In this document: in pieces, positions 8,441-17,724 of the stretch | Numbering within the stretch: position 1 is the stretch's first letter | Layout: the number at the start of each line of letters is the position of its first letter | NCBI GenBank assembly: GCA_944329425.1 | Contig: CALVIG010000002.1 | Coordinates: 593 to 64,592, forward strand | DNA length: 64,000 nucleotides | Direction of reading: 5' to 3' | DNA from: an uncultured Bacilli bacterium | Lineage (GTDB): Bacteria > Bacillota_I > Bacilli_A > RF39 > UBA660 | The notes under the pieces: model-generated | The model's database searches: none | What the model saw: only the letters and a program-made list of their open reading frames with translations | What the model was told of the DNA's origin: nothing | Made by a program: the position numbers and the translations under genes

Positions 8441-10351
8441 ATGGCTAAATATGATGAATCATCAATTAAAATTTTAGAAGGTCTTGAAGCGGTAAGAAAA
8501 AGACCTGGTATGTATATAGGTTCTACTGATAAGAGAGGTTTACATCACCTTGTATGGGAAATAGTGGATAATGGTATAGATGAAGCTATTAATGGTTATG
8601 GAAATTACTTAAAGGTTATAATTCATAAAGATGGGTCTGTTTCCGTTTCGGATGAGGGGCGTGGTATTCCGGTTGGTATGCACGCATCAGGTAAATCTAC
8701 TCCAGAAGTAATTTACACGGTTTTGCACGCTGGTGGTAAGTTTCAAGAAGGTGGATATAAAGTATCTGGTGGACTTCATGGTGTTGGTGCATCAGTTGTT
8801 AACGCTTTATCAAAATGGATGAAAGTAACTACGTATCGTGATGGTGGTAAATACGAAATTTCGTTTAAAGATGGAGGACATTTAGATTCTGATTTAAAAA
8901 AAGTTGGAACAACAAATAAAACGGGTACTACCGTAAGGTTTATGCCGGATGATGCAATTTTTTCAATAACAACTTTTTCCTTTACTACTATTTGTGAAAG
9001 AATGCAGGAATCAGCTTTCTTAATTAAAGGTCTTACCATTGATGTTATCGATGAAGAAGATGAAAAAGAGGCTCATTTTCATTATGAGAAAGGTCTTGAA
9101 GAATTTGTTTCTTATTTAAATGAAGGTAAAAAAACGCTTCATAACGTAGTTGGTTTTGAGGGTATAAAAAATAAAATTGAGGTTGATTGTGCTTTCCAAT
9201 ATACGGATTCTTATAACGAAAACGTTGTGTCATTTGTTAATAACGTAAAAACCTCTGATGGTGGTTCTCATGAAGTGGGATTGAAAAGTGCATTAACCAA
9301 GGTTTTTAATGACTATGCTAAAAATAATGGTTATTTAAAGGCTAAGGATAAGAATTTTGAAGGTAGCGACGTAAGGGAAGGATTAACCGTTATTTTATCT
9401 TTAAAAATTCCGGAAGAATTATTACAGTTTGAAGGACAAACTAAGGGGAAATTAGGTACACCTCTTGCTAAAACGGTTGTTGAGCAAGTTGTTTATGAGA
9501 AAATAGGTTACTTTTTGGAAGAAAATAAACAAGTTGCAACTGACATAATAAACAAAGCTTTAAAGGGCAAAGCAGCGAGGGAAGCCGCAAGAAAGGCAAG
9601 GGAAGAAGCTCGCAAAGGGAAAAGTAAAAATTCAAAAGAAAAGAATATAAGTGATAAACTAGCTCCTGCAACCAAAAAGAATCCTAAGAAAAACGAGTTA
9701 TTTATAGTTGAGGGTGATTCGGCAGGAGGTAGTGCTAAAACAGGTAGGGATAGAGAATACCAAGCAATATTACCACTACGAGGTAAAGTTTTAAATACTG
9801 AAAGATGTACCGTTGATGAGGCTTATAAAAACGCCGAAATTAACACACTTATTTATACGATAGGGGCAGGAGTTGGCCCGGATTTCCATATAGAAGATTG
9901 TAATTATGATAAGATAATTATAATGACCGATGCTGATGATGATGGATGCCATATACAAGTTTTGTTAATTACTTTCTTTTATAGGTACATGAGACCTTTA
10001 ATTGAAGCAGGTAAAATATATATTGCAAACCCTCCTTTATATAAAGTTACTTTTTCTAAAAAAGATGAGGTTTATGTGTATACGGACGAAGAATTAAAAA
10101 AAGTAACCGAAGGTAAAAAAGTAGAAGATTTACAAAGATATAAAGGTTTAGGTGAAATGGATGCAAACCAATTATGGGATACAACCATGGATCCTTTAAA
10201 GCGAAGTTTAATTAAAGTTAAGATAACTGATGTTGCTTTGGCAGAAAAAAGGGTTTCCATTCTTATGGGTGATAAAGTAGAACCAAGAAAAGATTGGATT
10301 GAAGAAAACGTAGATTTTACGTTAGAAGATAATTATGAAATGTTAAAGTAG
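8441..10351 (+). CDS. parE: DNA topoisomerase IV subunit B (ParE)
   Basis: 636 aa GyrB/ParE family with GHKL ATPase, TOPRIM (EGDSAGGSAK) and a short C-terminus. Paired with a ParC-type A subunit. Confidence 0.8.
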   Translation: MAKYDESSIKILEGLEAVRKRPGMYIGSTDKRGLHHLVWEIVDNGIDEAINGYGNYLKVIIHKDGSVSVSDEGRGIPVGMHASGKSTPEVIYTVLHAGGKFQEGGYKVSGGLHGVGASVVNALSKWMKVTTYRDGGKYEISFKDGGHLDSDLKKVGTTNKTGTTVRFMPDDAIFSITTFSFTTICERMQESAFLIKGLTIDVIDEEDEKEAHFHYEKGLEEFVSYLNEGKKTLHNVVGFEGIKNKIEVDCAFQYTDSYNENVVSFVNNVKTSDGGSHEVGLKSALTKVFNDYAKNNGYLKAKDKNFEGSDVREGLTVILSLKIPEELLQFEGQTKGKLGTPLAKTVVEQVVYEKIGYFLEENKQVATDIINKALKGKAAREAARKAREEARKGKSKNSKEKNISDKLAPATKKNPKKNELFIVEGDSAGGSAKTGRDREYQAILPLRGKVLNTERCTVDEAYKNAEINTLIYTIGAGVGPDFHIEDCNYDKIIIMTDADDDGCHIQVLLITFFYRYMRPLIEAGKIYIANPPLYKVTFSKKDEVYVYTDEELKKVTEGKKVEDLQRYKGLGEMDANQLWDTTMDPLKRSLIKVKITDVALAEKRVSILMGDKVEPRKDWIEENVDFTLEDNYEMLK

Positions 10352-10363
10352 GTGATTAAGATA

Positions 10364-12895
10364 ATGAGTGAGTTGTTACAAAAGATATATGATTATTCAT
10401 TAGAAGAGATAATGGGTGAACGTTTTGGAAGGTACTGTAAAACAATTATCTTAGATCGCGCCTTACCTGACGTAAGGGATGGATTAAAACCAGTACAAAG
10501 AAGAATTTTATACGGAATGTATAAAAGTGGTAACACGTATGATAAAAAGTATCGTAAGAGTGCTAAGGCAGTTGGAGAAATAATGGGTAACTATCACCCT
10601 CATGGGGATTCTTCGATTTATGATGCCATGGTAAGAATGAGTCAAGATTGGAAGATGGAAACCCCATACATAGACATGCATGGTAACAATGGTTCTATGG
10701 ATGGTGATGGAGCTGCTGCGATGCGTTATACCGAAGCTAGGTTATCTAAAATAAGTAATGAGTTATTGTTAGACATTAATAAAAATACCGTTGAAATGGC
10801 TCCCAATTATGATGATACTTTAGAGGAACCAACCGTTTTACCCGCAGGATTTCCAAACCTTTTAGTTAACGGGTCTACTGGTATTTCAGCGGGTTATGCA
10901 ACGAATATTCCAACCCATAATTTGGGAGAAGTAATAGATGCAACAATCAAAAGGATTGATTCACCTAACTGCTTGTTGGATACTATAATGAGCGTTATGC
11001 CAGGGCCTGATTTTCCTACTGGTGGGGTGATTGAAGGTGTAAAAGAAATAAAAGAAGCTTATAACACGGGCAAGGGTAAGATTGTTGTAAAGTCTAAGTA
11101 TGAGGTTATAAAAGAAAAAGGAAAGTATCAAATAGTTATAACGGAAATTCCTTATGAAGTCAACAAGGCTTTACTTGTCAAAAAAATGAATGATATAAGA
11201 ATAGATAAAAAAATTGAAGGTATTTTAGATATTAGGGACGAAACTTCTAGGGGAGAACTTAGAATAGTAATTGATCTAAAAAAAGACGCTAACGCTGATT
11301 TGGTTATCAATTATTTATTAAAAAATACTGATATGCAAGTTTCTTATAGTTTTAACATGATTGCAATCGTTAATCACAGGCCAAGACAAATTGGGGTTCT
11401 TGCAATAATTGATTCTTTCATTAAACATCGTACCGAAGTGGTTACAAGAAGAACTAAATTTGATCTAGCACATGATAAGGATAGATATCATATTTTAGAA
11501 GGTTTAATAAAAGCAATTAGTATTCTTGATGAAGTAATTAAGGTTATTAGGGCTTCTAAAAATAAATCAGATGCTATCTTGAATTTAGTAAAGGAATTTT
11601 CGTTTACCGAAAAGCAAGCAACGGCTATAGTTATGTTACAATTATACCGTTTAACTAATACTGACATAACTGATGTTAAAAACGAAATGCAAAGATTAGA
11701 AGAAGAAATAAAAGAATATGAATTAATATTATCTAGTGATGCAGAATTAAAAAAAGTTATTAAAGAAGAATTAAGAAAGATAAAAAAAGAATTTTCTTCA
11801 CCTAGAAAGACACAAATAAAAGAAGAAATAACAGAAATTAAGATTGATGCAACCGCTATGATTCCAAAAGAAGACGTAATAGTAGTCGTGACAAATGAAG
11901 GATACGTAAAAAGGGTTTCTAAAAAATCTTATGGTTCATCTGATGGAGATGAAACGCTACTAAAAGAAAACGATTATGTTTCAGGATTATATGAACAAAA
12001 CACGTTAGATACGCTTCTTATGTTTACTAATAAGGGTAATTACTTATTTATACCGGTTCATGAATTACCAGAATTAAAGTGGAAGGATCTTGGTAAACAC
12101 GTTAGTAATATAGTTCCAATTGGTCAGGATGAAAAGATAATAAAATCTATTCCGGTTAGTAACTTTGATAAAAGGGAAATTGTTATATTTACTAAAAACG
12201 GAATGGTTAAGAAAACGCTTTTAGAAGATTTTAAAGTACAAAGGTATTCTAAACCAATATCGTGCATTAAGCTTAAAGATAACGATGAGGTAATAAACGT
12301 AAGTGATGAAGCTTATAACGAGGTGTTTATCGCAACTAAAAAAGGTTACGGATTATGGTATGATAAATCTGAAATTCCTACGATTGGATTAAAAACAGCA
12401 GGTGTAAAATCAATTAATTTAAAAGATGATGAAGTAGTAAGTGCAAATTTATTTGACGGTTCTTTTGAATACGTTACCGTTATAACTGCTAAAGGTCTTT
12501 CAAAGCGTATTAAGTTAACGGAATTTGAAAAAACTACCAGGGCTAAAAGAGGTTTATTAATTATAAGAGAAGTTAAAAGTAATCCACAGGAAATAATTTC
12601 TGCATTCGTAAGTGATGTAAAACATAACATAGTTATAAAAACGATTAACAAAGACATTAAACTAAAATTATCTGAAATACCAATCATGGATAGGTATTCA
12701 GTAGGAAGCACGTTAACAAAAAGTAAGGTTCAAGTTGTTTATCAACCAACGGAATTAATAAAAAAAGAAGATAAACCGGCCGTAGTATCTAAACCGGTAA
12801 CGAAAGAAGAGTCTAAAGAAAAAAAAGAGGTTTCCTTAAAAGAAATAGATGATAAATTTATGACCATTGATGATTTTTTAGATAATTTTGATTAA
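10364..12895 (+). CDS. parC: DNA topoisomerase IV subunit A (ParC)
   Basis: N-terminus LEEIMGERFGRYCKTIILDRALPDVRDGLKPVQRRILYGM is ParC-like (not GyrA-like). Active-site Tyr region present. Start moved to ATG with a GGTGA SD (track 10352). Confidence 0.8.
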   Translation: MSELLQKIYDYSLEEIMGERFGRYCKTIILDRALPDVRDGLKPVQRRILYGMYKSGNTYDKKYRKSAKAVGEIMGNYHPHGDSSIYDAMVRMSQDWKMETPYIDMHGNNGSMDGDGAAAMRYTEARLSKISNELLLDINKNTVEMAPNYDDTLEEPTVLPAGFPNLLVNGSTGISAGYATNIPTHNLGEVIDATIKRIDSPNCLLDTIMSVMPGPDFPTGGVIEGVKEIKEAYNTGKGKIVVKSKYEVIKEKGKYQIVITEIPYEVNKALLVKKMNDIRIDKKIEGILDIRDETSRGELRIVIDLKKDANADLVINYLLKNTDMQVSYSFNMIAIVNHRPRQIGVLAIIDSFIKHRTEVVTRRTKFDLAHDKDRYHILEGLIKAISILDEVIKVIRASKNKSDAILNLVKEFSFTEKQATAIVMLQLYRLTNTDITDVKNEMQRLEEEIKEYELILSSDAELKKVIKEELRKIKKEFSSPRKTQIKEEITEIKIDATAMIPKEDVIVVVTNEGYVKRVSKKSYGSSDGDETLLKENDYVSGLYEQNTLDTLLMFTNKGNYLFIPVHELPELKWKDLGKHVSNIVPIGQDEKIIKSIPVSNFDKREIVIFTKNGMVKKTLLEDFKVQRYSKPISCIKLKDNDEVINVSDEAYNEVFIATKKGYGLWYDKSEIPTIGLKTAGVKSINLKDDEVVSANLFDGSFEYVTVITAKGLSKRIKLTEFEKTTRAKRGLLIIREVKSNPQEIISAFVSDVKHNIVIKTINKDIKLKLSEIPIMDRYSVGSTLTKSKVQVVYQPTELIKKEDKPAVVSKPVTKEESKEKKEVSLKEIDDKFMTIDDFLDNFD

Positions 12896-12965
12896 GCAAG
12901 AAATTAATTTCTTGCTTTTTTATTTAATATAATTATAATAATATACACGTTTATTAGGAGGAATT

Positions 12966-13802
12966 ATGCAAGAAAAAGTTATTATTTTAAAACTATTAAA
13001 TAATTTTTTGTCATTATTTGATTTAACGATATTAGAGCAAAACCAAAATCAATTGGTTGATTTTGATTATTCTAACAATACTTTTATAATATGCGATAAA
13101 GATAATAACCCAGTGGGTAAGATGTTTATGGATAATAATCAAATACACGTTCAAGCCAACCTTGAAAATGGCCGTCTTAATGCGGATAGTTATGCTAATT
13201 CTGAAAATAATGAGTATGGGTTTAGATATACGATTGGTAATTTTAATTCAAAAAGTAAATTATTAGGTGAATATCAGTTTACAAAAGGAGTTAAATTAGA
13301 TGGTATTTTAATAAAAAACTCTATACGTATATTAAAAAATTACAAATTTGTTGGAAAGTGTACTTTTGATACCTTAAGAAACACTTTTAGAATTTACGAT
13401 GCGGTTAATAATGAAAAAATTAGTTATAGAAATAATGAACTAATTCATGAGTCTTCTGATAAACTTGTTAGTATTTGCAATTATAATGGTATGTATATAT
13501 ATGCTATATTAACTGCTTTAGAAGAAGGAATTGGCGGATGTTCGTTTATTAAAGAGCATACTGATGATCATGATTATACTGCTTGCGAAATTGAATTTAG
13601 AAGGATTTTAGAGGAAATTGATGAAACATATTTTGATTTATTAGATAGCCAAAAGCAAACGGTTAATTGTTTTCAGAATAATTTGTTTGAAAAGTTAGCG
13701 TGTGCTTCACTTAAAAATTATAATAAAACTCAGTTGAGTAGCATGCTAGACATAGATTTTTCTTTAACGGCTGGATATGGTAAGAAAAAAATAAATAAGT
13801 AA
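12966..13802 (+). CDS. Hypothetical protein (278 aa, soluble, no recognisable domain)
   Basis: Long ORF with a GGAGG SD. No motif I recognise. Followed by a strong terminator (about 13818-13848). Confidence 0.45.
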   Translation: MQEKVIILKLLNNFLSLFDLTILEQNQNQLVDFDYSNNTFIICDKDNNPVGKMFMDNNQIHVQANLENGRLNADSYANSENNEYGFRYTIGNFNSKSKLLGEYQFTKGVKLDGILIKNSIRILKNYKFVGKCTFDTLRNTFRIYDAVNNEKISYRNNELIHESSDKLVSICNYNGMYIYAILTALEEGIGGCSFIKEHTDDHDYTACEIEFRRILEEIDETYFDLLDSQKQTVNCFQNNLFEKLACASLKNYNKTQLSSMLDIDFSLTAGYGKKKINK

Positions 13803-13869
13803 GTAACCAATATTAGAAACCACCATAGAATACTATGGTGGTTTTTTGAATGTTATTTTAGATATTATT

Positions 13870-14190
13870 ATGATTAATAACGTTTTAACGAAGTATTTTA
13901 AACGAGATATTTATAGTATGTTTTTAGATGATTATTGTTTTGAATATTATAGAATATTAAAACTTATTTATCCTGATTGTAAGATGGTTATAGAAAACAA
14001 TAAAGATCATTGTGCATCACTTATAATGGGTAATGTTTATGATGTAACCGGAATAAGGGATGGTAGTGATTTTTTTATAGCGGATACTTTTTACGAAAAT
14101 TATGTTTATAGCTTTTATAATAAATTTAACGAAGAAGTAAGAAACGATTTAAATAATTATATTGTTGGAAAAGTAAAAGTAAAAAAATAG
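13870..14190 (+). CDS. Hypothetical protein (about 106 aa)
   Basis: Track ORF 13846-14190, which begins with TTG inside the upstream terminator T-run. The first ATG is at codon 9. No clear SD, so this is a weak call. Confidence 0.3.
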   Translation: MINNVLTKYFKRDIYSMFLDDYCFEYYRILKLIYPDCKMVIENNKDHCASLIMGNVYDVTGIRDGSDFFIADTFYENYVYSFYNKFNEEVRNDLNNYIVGKVKVKK

Positions 14191-14292
14191 ATTAAATATT
14201 ATTTAAGTTTAAAAAACGCAAATATTTTGATATAATGATAAAAGAAGACAATATAGTTATTTTTGTTTTTGTATTATTATGATGGTGATAAT

Positions 14293-14466
14293 ATGAAAAT
14301 AAAAGTTTTTGATTGTGATCATGAAAAAGATCTAGAAGAAAGTGTTAATAATTTTATTGGTGATAAAGAAATAATAGACATTAAATATCAAGTTTCAATC
14401 GCAATAAATGGGGAGGATCAAATATATTGTTTTTCAGCAATGATTATATACGTAGATAAGGGCTGA
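14293..14466 (+). CDS. cse60: Sporulation protein Cse60 (YteV-like)
   Basis: 57 aa from the internal ATG (GGTGA SD). MKIKVFDCDHEKDLEESVNNF...IDIKYQVS...IYCFSAMIIY fits the Cse60 family pattern (KVFDxxHEKDLE...IDIKY...FSA). Confidence 0.6.
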   Translation: MKIKVFDCDHEKDLEESVNNFIGDKEIIDIKYQVSIAINGEDQIYCFSAMIIYVDKG

Positions 14467-14471
14467 TTTAA

Positions 14472-16091
14472 ATGAAGAAAAATAGTTTTATAAATGGTGC
14501 TTTAATTGCAACGATAGGTATTGTGCTTACCAAGTTTTTAGGGGTTATATACGTAATCCCTTTTTATGCTATCATTGGGGAGTCTAGTATTGCGTTATAC
14601 GGTTATGCTTACACCATATATAATTTGTTTTTATCTTTGTCTACCGTTGGAATACCACCTGCAATGAGTAAGTTAATTAGTGAGTATAACACTTTAGGAT
14701 ACAACCATACCAAAGAAAGAGCTTATAAGCTAGGTAAGTATTTATTAATAAGTTTAGGTATAATATTATTTATTATTATGTTTTTTGGAGCACCTTTTAT
14801 TGCAAATCAAATAATGAGAGATAATACAGGAGGTAACTCAAAAGAAAGCATAACCTTTGTTATTAGGGTTATTTCTACGGCTATTTTGGTTGTGCCATAT
14901 TTGAGCGTTACCAAGGGCTATTTACAGGGGCATAAAATAATTACACCTTCATCAGTAAGCCAAGTTTTAGAGCAAGTAGTTAGAATTGCTGTAATTTTAA
15001 TAGGAAGTTACCTTTGCATGAGGGTGTTTAATTTAGGGGTTACTAATGCCGTTGGGGTGGCGGTTTTTGGAGCTACGGTTGGTGCTTTTGTAGCTTTGGT
15101 TTATCTACTTATTAAGATAAGAAAAAACAAAAAGGTATTGTTGGTAGATGAAAAGCAAAAACCAGAAGAAAAAAACATCACAAATAAAAGCATAATAAAG
15201 AAACTTCTTATATATTCTGTTCCTTTTATTTCTTTTGGTCTTGCGTTATCGGTTTACGATTACATTGACATGACAACCTTAATAAATGCACTTACTAATT
15301 TAGGTTTTAAAACGGTAGATGCTGAAAGCGTACTAGGTGTTATTAACACCACTGGTAATAAATTAAACAGTGTCGTTTTAGCTATTTCAACCGGGCTTAT
15401 GACCAGTTTGGTTCCCAACATAACTGCAAGTTTTGTAAAAGGAAACAATAAGGATGTTAAAAGAAAAGTTCATCAATCGTTTTTGATGTTACTTTATGTT
15501 ATTATGCCAATGGCTTTTGGACTTAGTATTTTGGCCGAACCGGTGTTTTATGCGTTTTACGGCCCAAGTAATTGGGGGCCAAAGGTATTTTGCTTCAGTA
15601 TTTTTGTAGCTTTATTTAGATGTATTTTTACAACATCGGTATCAATAACCCAGTCACTTAATAAATTTAAAAACGTTTTTTTAAGTATAGTTGCAGGTAT
15701 ATTAGTTAAATATATATTACAAATACCTTTTATGAGTCTTTATAACAGCATAGGCTTATATCCTTTTTACGGTGCTACAACGGCAACTTTAATAGGACTT
15801 ACCGTGTCTTTTGTTACTAATTTAATTGTTATAAACAAAACCGTTAAATTGGATTTAAAAGAATATTTTAAGAAGATGTTTAAATTTATTTATCCATTAA
15901 TTATAATGGTAATTGTTCTTGTTACAATGAAACATTTTGTTCCTTTTAACATAACAAGTAGGTTTAACGCAATCATGGTAATAGCGGTATATGCTTTGAT
16001 AGGAGCTGTTATATACTTTACAATTACTTTTAAAAATGGTGTTTTTAAATATATATTTGGAGAACGATTTTTGAAAAAAATAAAGAAATAA
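14472..16091 (+). CDS. MOP-superfamily lipid II flippase (MurJ / SpoVB family)
   Basis: 539 aa, about 14 TM segments, typical MurJ/SpoVB length and charged loops. I cannot distinguish MurJ from SpoVB from sequence alone. Confidence 0.75.
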   Translation: MKKNSFINGALIATIGIVLTKFLGVIYVIPFYAIIGESSIALYGYAYTIYNLFLSLSTVGIPPAMSKLISEYNTLGYNHTKERAYKLGKYLLISLGIILFIIMFFGAPFIANQIMRDNTGGNSKESITFVIRVISTAILVVPYLSVTKGYLQGHKIITPSSVSQVLEQVVRIAVILIGSYLCMRVFNLGVTNAVGVAVFGATVGAFVALVYLLIKIRKNKKVLLVDEKQKPEEKNITNKSIIKKLLIYSVPFISFGLALSVYDYIDMTTLINALTNLGFKTVDAESVLGVINTTGNKLNSVVLAISTGLMTSLVPNITASFVKGNNKDVKRKVHQSFLMLLYVIMPMAFGLSILAEPVFYAFYGPSNWGPKVFCFSIFVALFRCIFTTSVSITQSLNKFKNVFLSIVAGILVKYILQIPFMSLYNSIGLYPFYGATTATLIGLTVSFVTNLIVINKTVKLDLKEYFKKMFKFIYPLIIMVIVLVTMKHFVPFNITSRFNAIMVIAVYALIGAVIYFTITFKNGVFKYIFGERFLKKIKK

Positions 16092-16146
16092 TATTTGTTG
16101 AAATAAAATTTTATTTATGATACATTGTAAGAAAGAGGTGAATAGG

Positions 16147-16665
16147 ATGCCAAATAATTTATTAGAAGCTTTAAAAACGGATTTAGAGCAAAATTATAAG
16201 ACAGTAAAAACAAGGGAAAACTGGCAAGCTATATGTAGTAATGTCATTATGACAATTATTCAAGCAGGAAAATTTTATAGCGCAGGTTTTAACAATGTAG
16301 TTGCGTACGTTAACGGTAAACCTAAGCAAATGATAATGGAAGAAATAAAAAGTCATGTTTATAGGGCTGAAAACATCTTGGATTATGGGACGTTATCAAA
16401 GATGGCAGCTACTGCAATAGTAAATAACATCTTTGATTTGGAAAACGTTATGCAACAAGATATTGTTTCAGATATATGTAAAAAAATTGATACCATTAAT
16501 GCCAATTCTAATTTTAAAGAATATGTAAAAAAACAAATTAGGGAAGGCACCGTATCCGACGATGAATTAAGAAGGTATGGGATAATAACCGAAAAAGAAA
16601 TAAATGATTATCATGCTTACTTAAATAGTATTGGTAGTTCTGGAATGACAAATTATTCTAAATAA
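16147..16665 (+). CDS. Hypothetical protein (about 172 aa)
   Basis: Track ORF 16117-16665. ATG at codon 11 has an AGAGGTGA SD. No recognisable domain. Confidence 0.4.
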   Translation: MPNNLLEALKTDLEQNYKTVKTRENWQAICSNVIMTIIQAGKFYSAGFNNVVAYVNGKPKQMIMEEIKSHVYRAENILDYGTLSKMAATAIVNNIFDLENVMQQDIVSDICKKIDTINANSNFKEYVKKQIREGTVSDDELRRYGIITEKEINDYHAYLNSIGSSGMTNYSK

Positions 16666-16690
16666 AAAAGTCTACGTAAAGTAGGCTTTT

Positions 16691-16990
16691 TTACATCATA
16701 TACATTTCGCCATTATAGTTTCCGTTGTTTTGGGTTGTCTGGTAAGGAATGTTATTTTGTGTATTTGATTGTGGAGCTTGATAATTTTGGTTATTATTTT
16801 GATATGGGTTTTCTAACCTTGATATTCTATTTTCTAAAACTTTGATTTTCTTTTCAAGGTTAGTTACTCTATTATCTAAGTTAGAGCAACTATCATTCAT
16901 GTAATTTGGAAACATCATCATGTTTGATGGCATATTGTTAAATCCAGGGAATGGCATTTGTGGCATGAAGGTATTTCTTTCGTTTTTCAT
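16691..16990 (-). CDS. Q/N-, Met- and Pro-rich low-complexity protein with central coiled coil (99 aa)
   Basis: MKNERNTFMPQMPFPGFNNMPSNMMMF...RVTNLEKKIKVLENRISRLEN...NNNQNYQAPQSNTQNNIPYQTTQNNGNYNGEMYMM. GGAGG SD. Convergent with the previous gene and shares a bidirectional hairpin (about 16667-16690). Confidence 0.45.
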   Translation of the reverse strand: MKNERNTFMPQMPFPGFNNMPSNMMMFPNYMNDSCSNLDNRVTNLEKKIKVLENRISRLENPYQNNNQNYQAPQSNTQNNIPYQTTQNNGNYNGEMYMM

Positions 16991-17062
16991 TTTTAATCCT
17001 CCTAATAAAAAGCTTTCATTTAATTATATGTTTCTTTTGGGTTTTGGTGTATAATTATATCG

Positions 17063-17707
17063 GTGATTAATTTGAGATTAAAAAACGTTAAAAACGCATC
17101 TAACATTATAAAAGGATCCGAATACATAATTTTAAATCCAAATGATTATAAGGGGAAATGGAACAAACTATTTGGAAACCAAAATCCAATAAACATTGAA
17201 ATAGGTATGGGGAAGGGTGATTTCATAATAGAAATGGCAAAAAAAAATCCAAACGTTAATTTTATTGGAATCGAAATGTTTGATAGTGTAATGGTAAGAG
17301 CGGTACAAAAGTTAGAAAATCAAAATTTGGATAACTTAAAATTAATAAGAATGGATGCCACTTATATAAATGATGTTTTTGATAGAGAAATTGATACTAT
17401 ATATTTAAATTTTTCTGATCCATGGCCTAAAAAAAGACATGAAAAAAGAAGGCTTACCAGTCATGAATTTTTAAAAAGATATGACTTGATATTTAAGGGT
17501 AGCAAAAACATAATACAAAAGACTGACAATATAGGATTATTTGCTTTTTCTTTGCAATCATTAAGCACCTTTGGATATGTTCTTAATTTTGTTACCTTAG
17601 ATTTACATCAAACGAAAACGGAAGATAACGTTATGACGGAATATGAAAAAAAGTTTGTGTCTAACGGGGTTAAAATCTGTATGCTTAAAGCAACAAAAAA
17701 AGCTTAA
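17063..17707 (+). CDS. trmB: tRNA (guanine46-N7)-methyltransferase TrmB
   Basis: Collinear with B. subtilis TrmB (NPNDYKGKWNKLFGNQNPINIEIGMGKGDF...LNFSDPWPKKRHEKRRLT...MTEYEKKF). Start is GTG or TTG. Confidence 0.85.
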   Translation: MINLRLKNVKNASNIIKGSEYIILNPNDYKGKWNKLFGNQNPINIEIGMGKGDFIIEMAKKNPNVNFIGIEMFDSVMVRAVQKLENQNLDNLKLIRMDATYINDVFDREIDTIYLNFSDPWPKKRHEKRRLTSHEFLKRYDLIFKGSKNIIQKTDNIGLFAFSLQSLSTFGYVLNFVTLDLHQTKTEDNVMTEYEKKFVSNGVKICMLKATKKA

Positions 17708-17724
17708 ATAAAGGATAGTTTTAT

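Noticed and set aside
8441-12895. Interpreting the topoisomerase pair as gyrB-gyrA.
   Set aside because: The A-subunit N-terminus matches the ParC signature (GERFGRY...ALPDVRDGLKPVQRRILY) rather than GyrA. The B subunit is short (636 aa), which is ParE-like. No gyrA-box-containing C-terminus was evident, although ParC versus GyrA cannot be completely settled without alignment.
13846-13869. TTG start of the 114-aa ORF.
   Set aside because: It lies inside the T-run of the upstream terminator with no SD. The gene is trimmed to the first ATG and kept at low confidence.
14472-16091. Calling the MOP-family flippase specifically SpoVB because of the adjacent cse60.
   Set aside because: MurJ and SpoVB are not separable from sequence features visible here. 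It is left as a MurJ/SpoVB-family protein.
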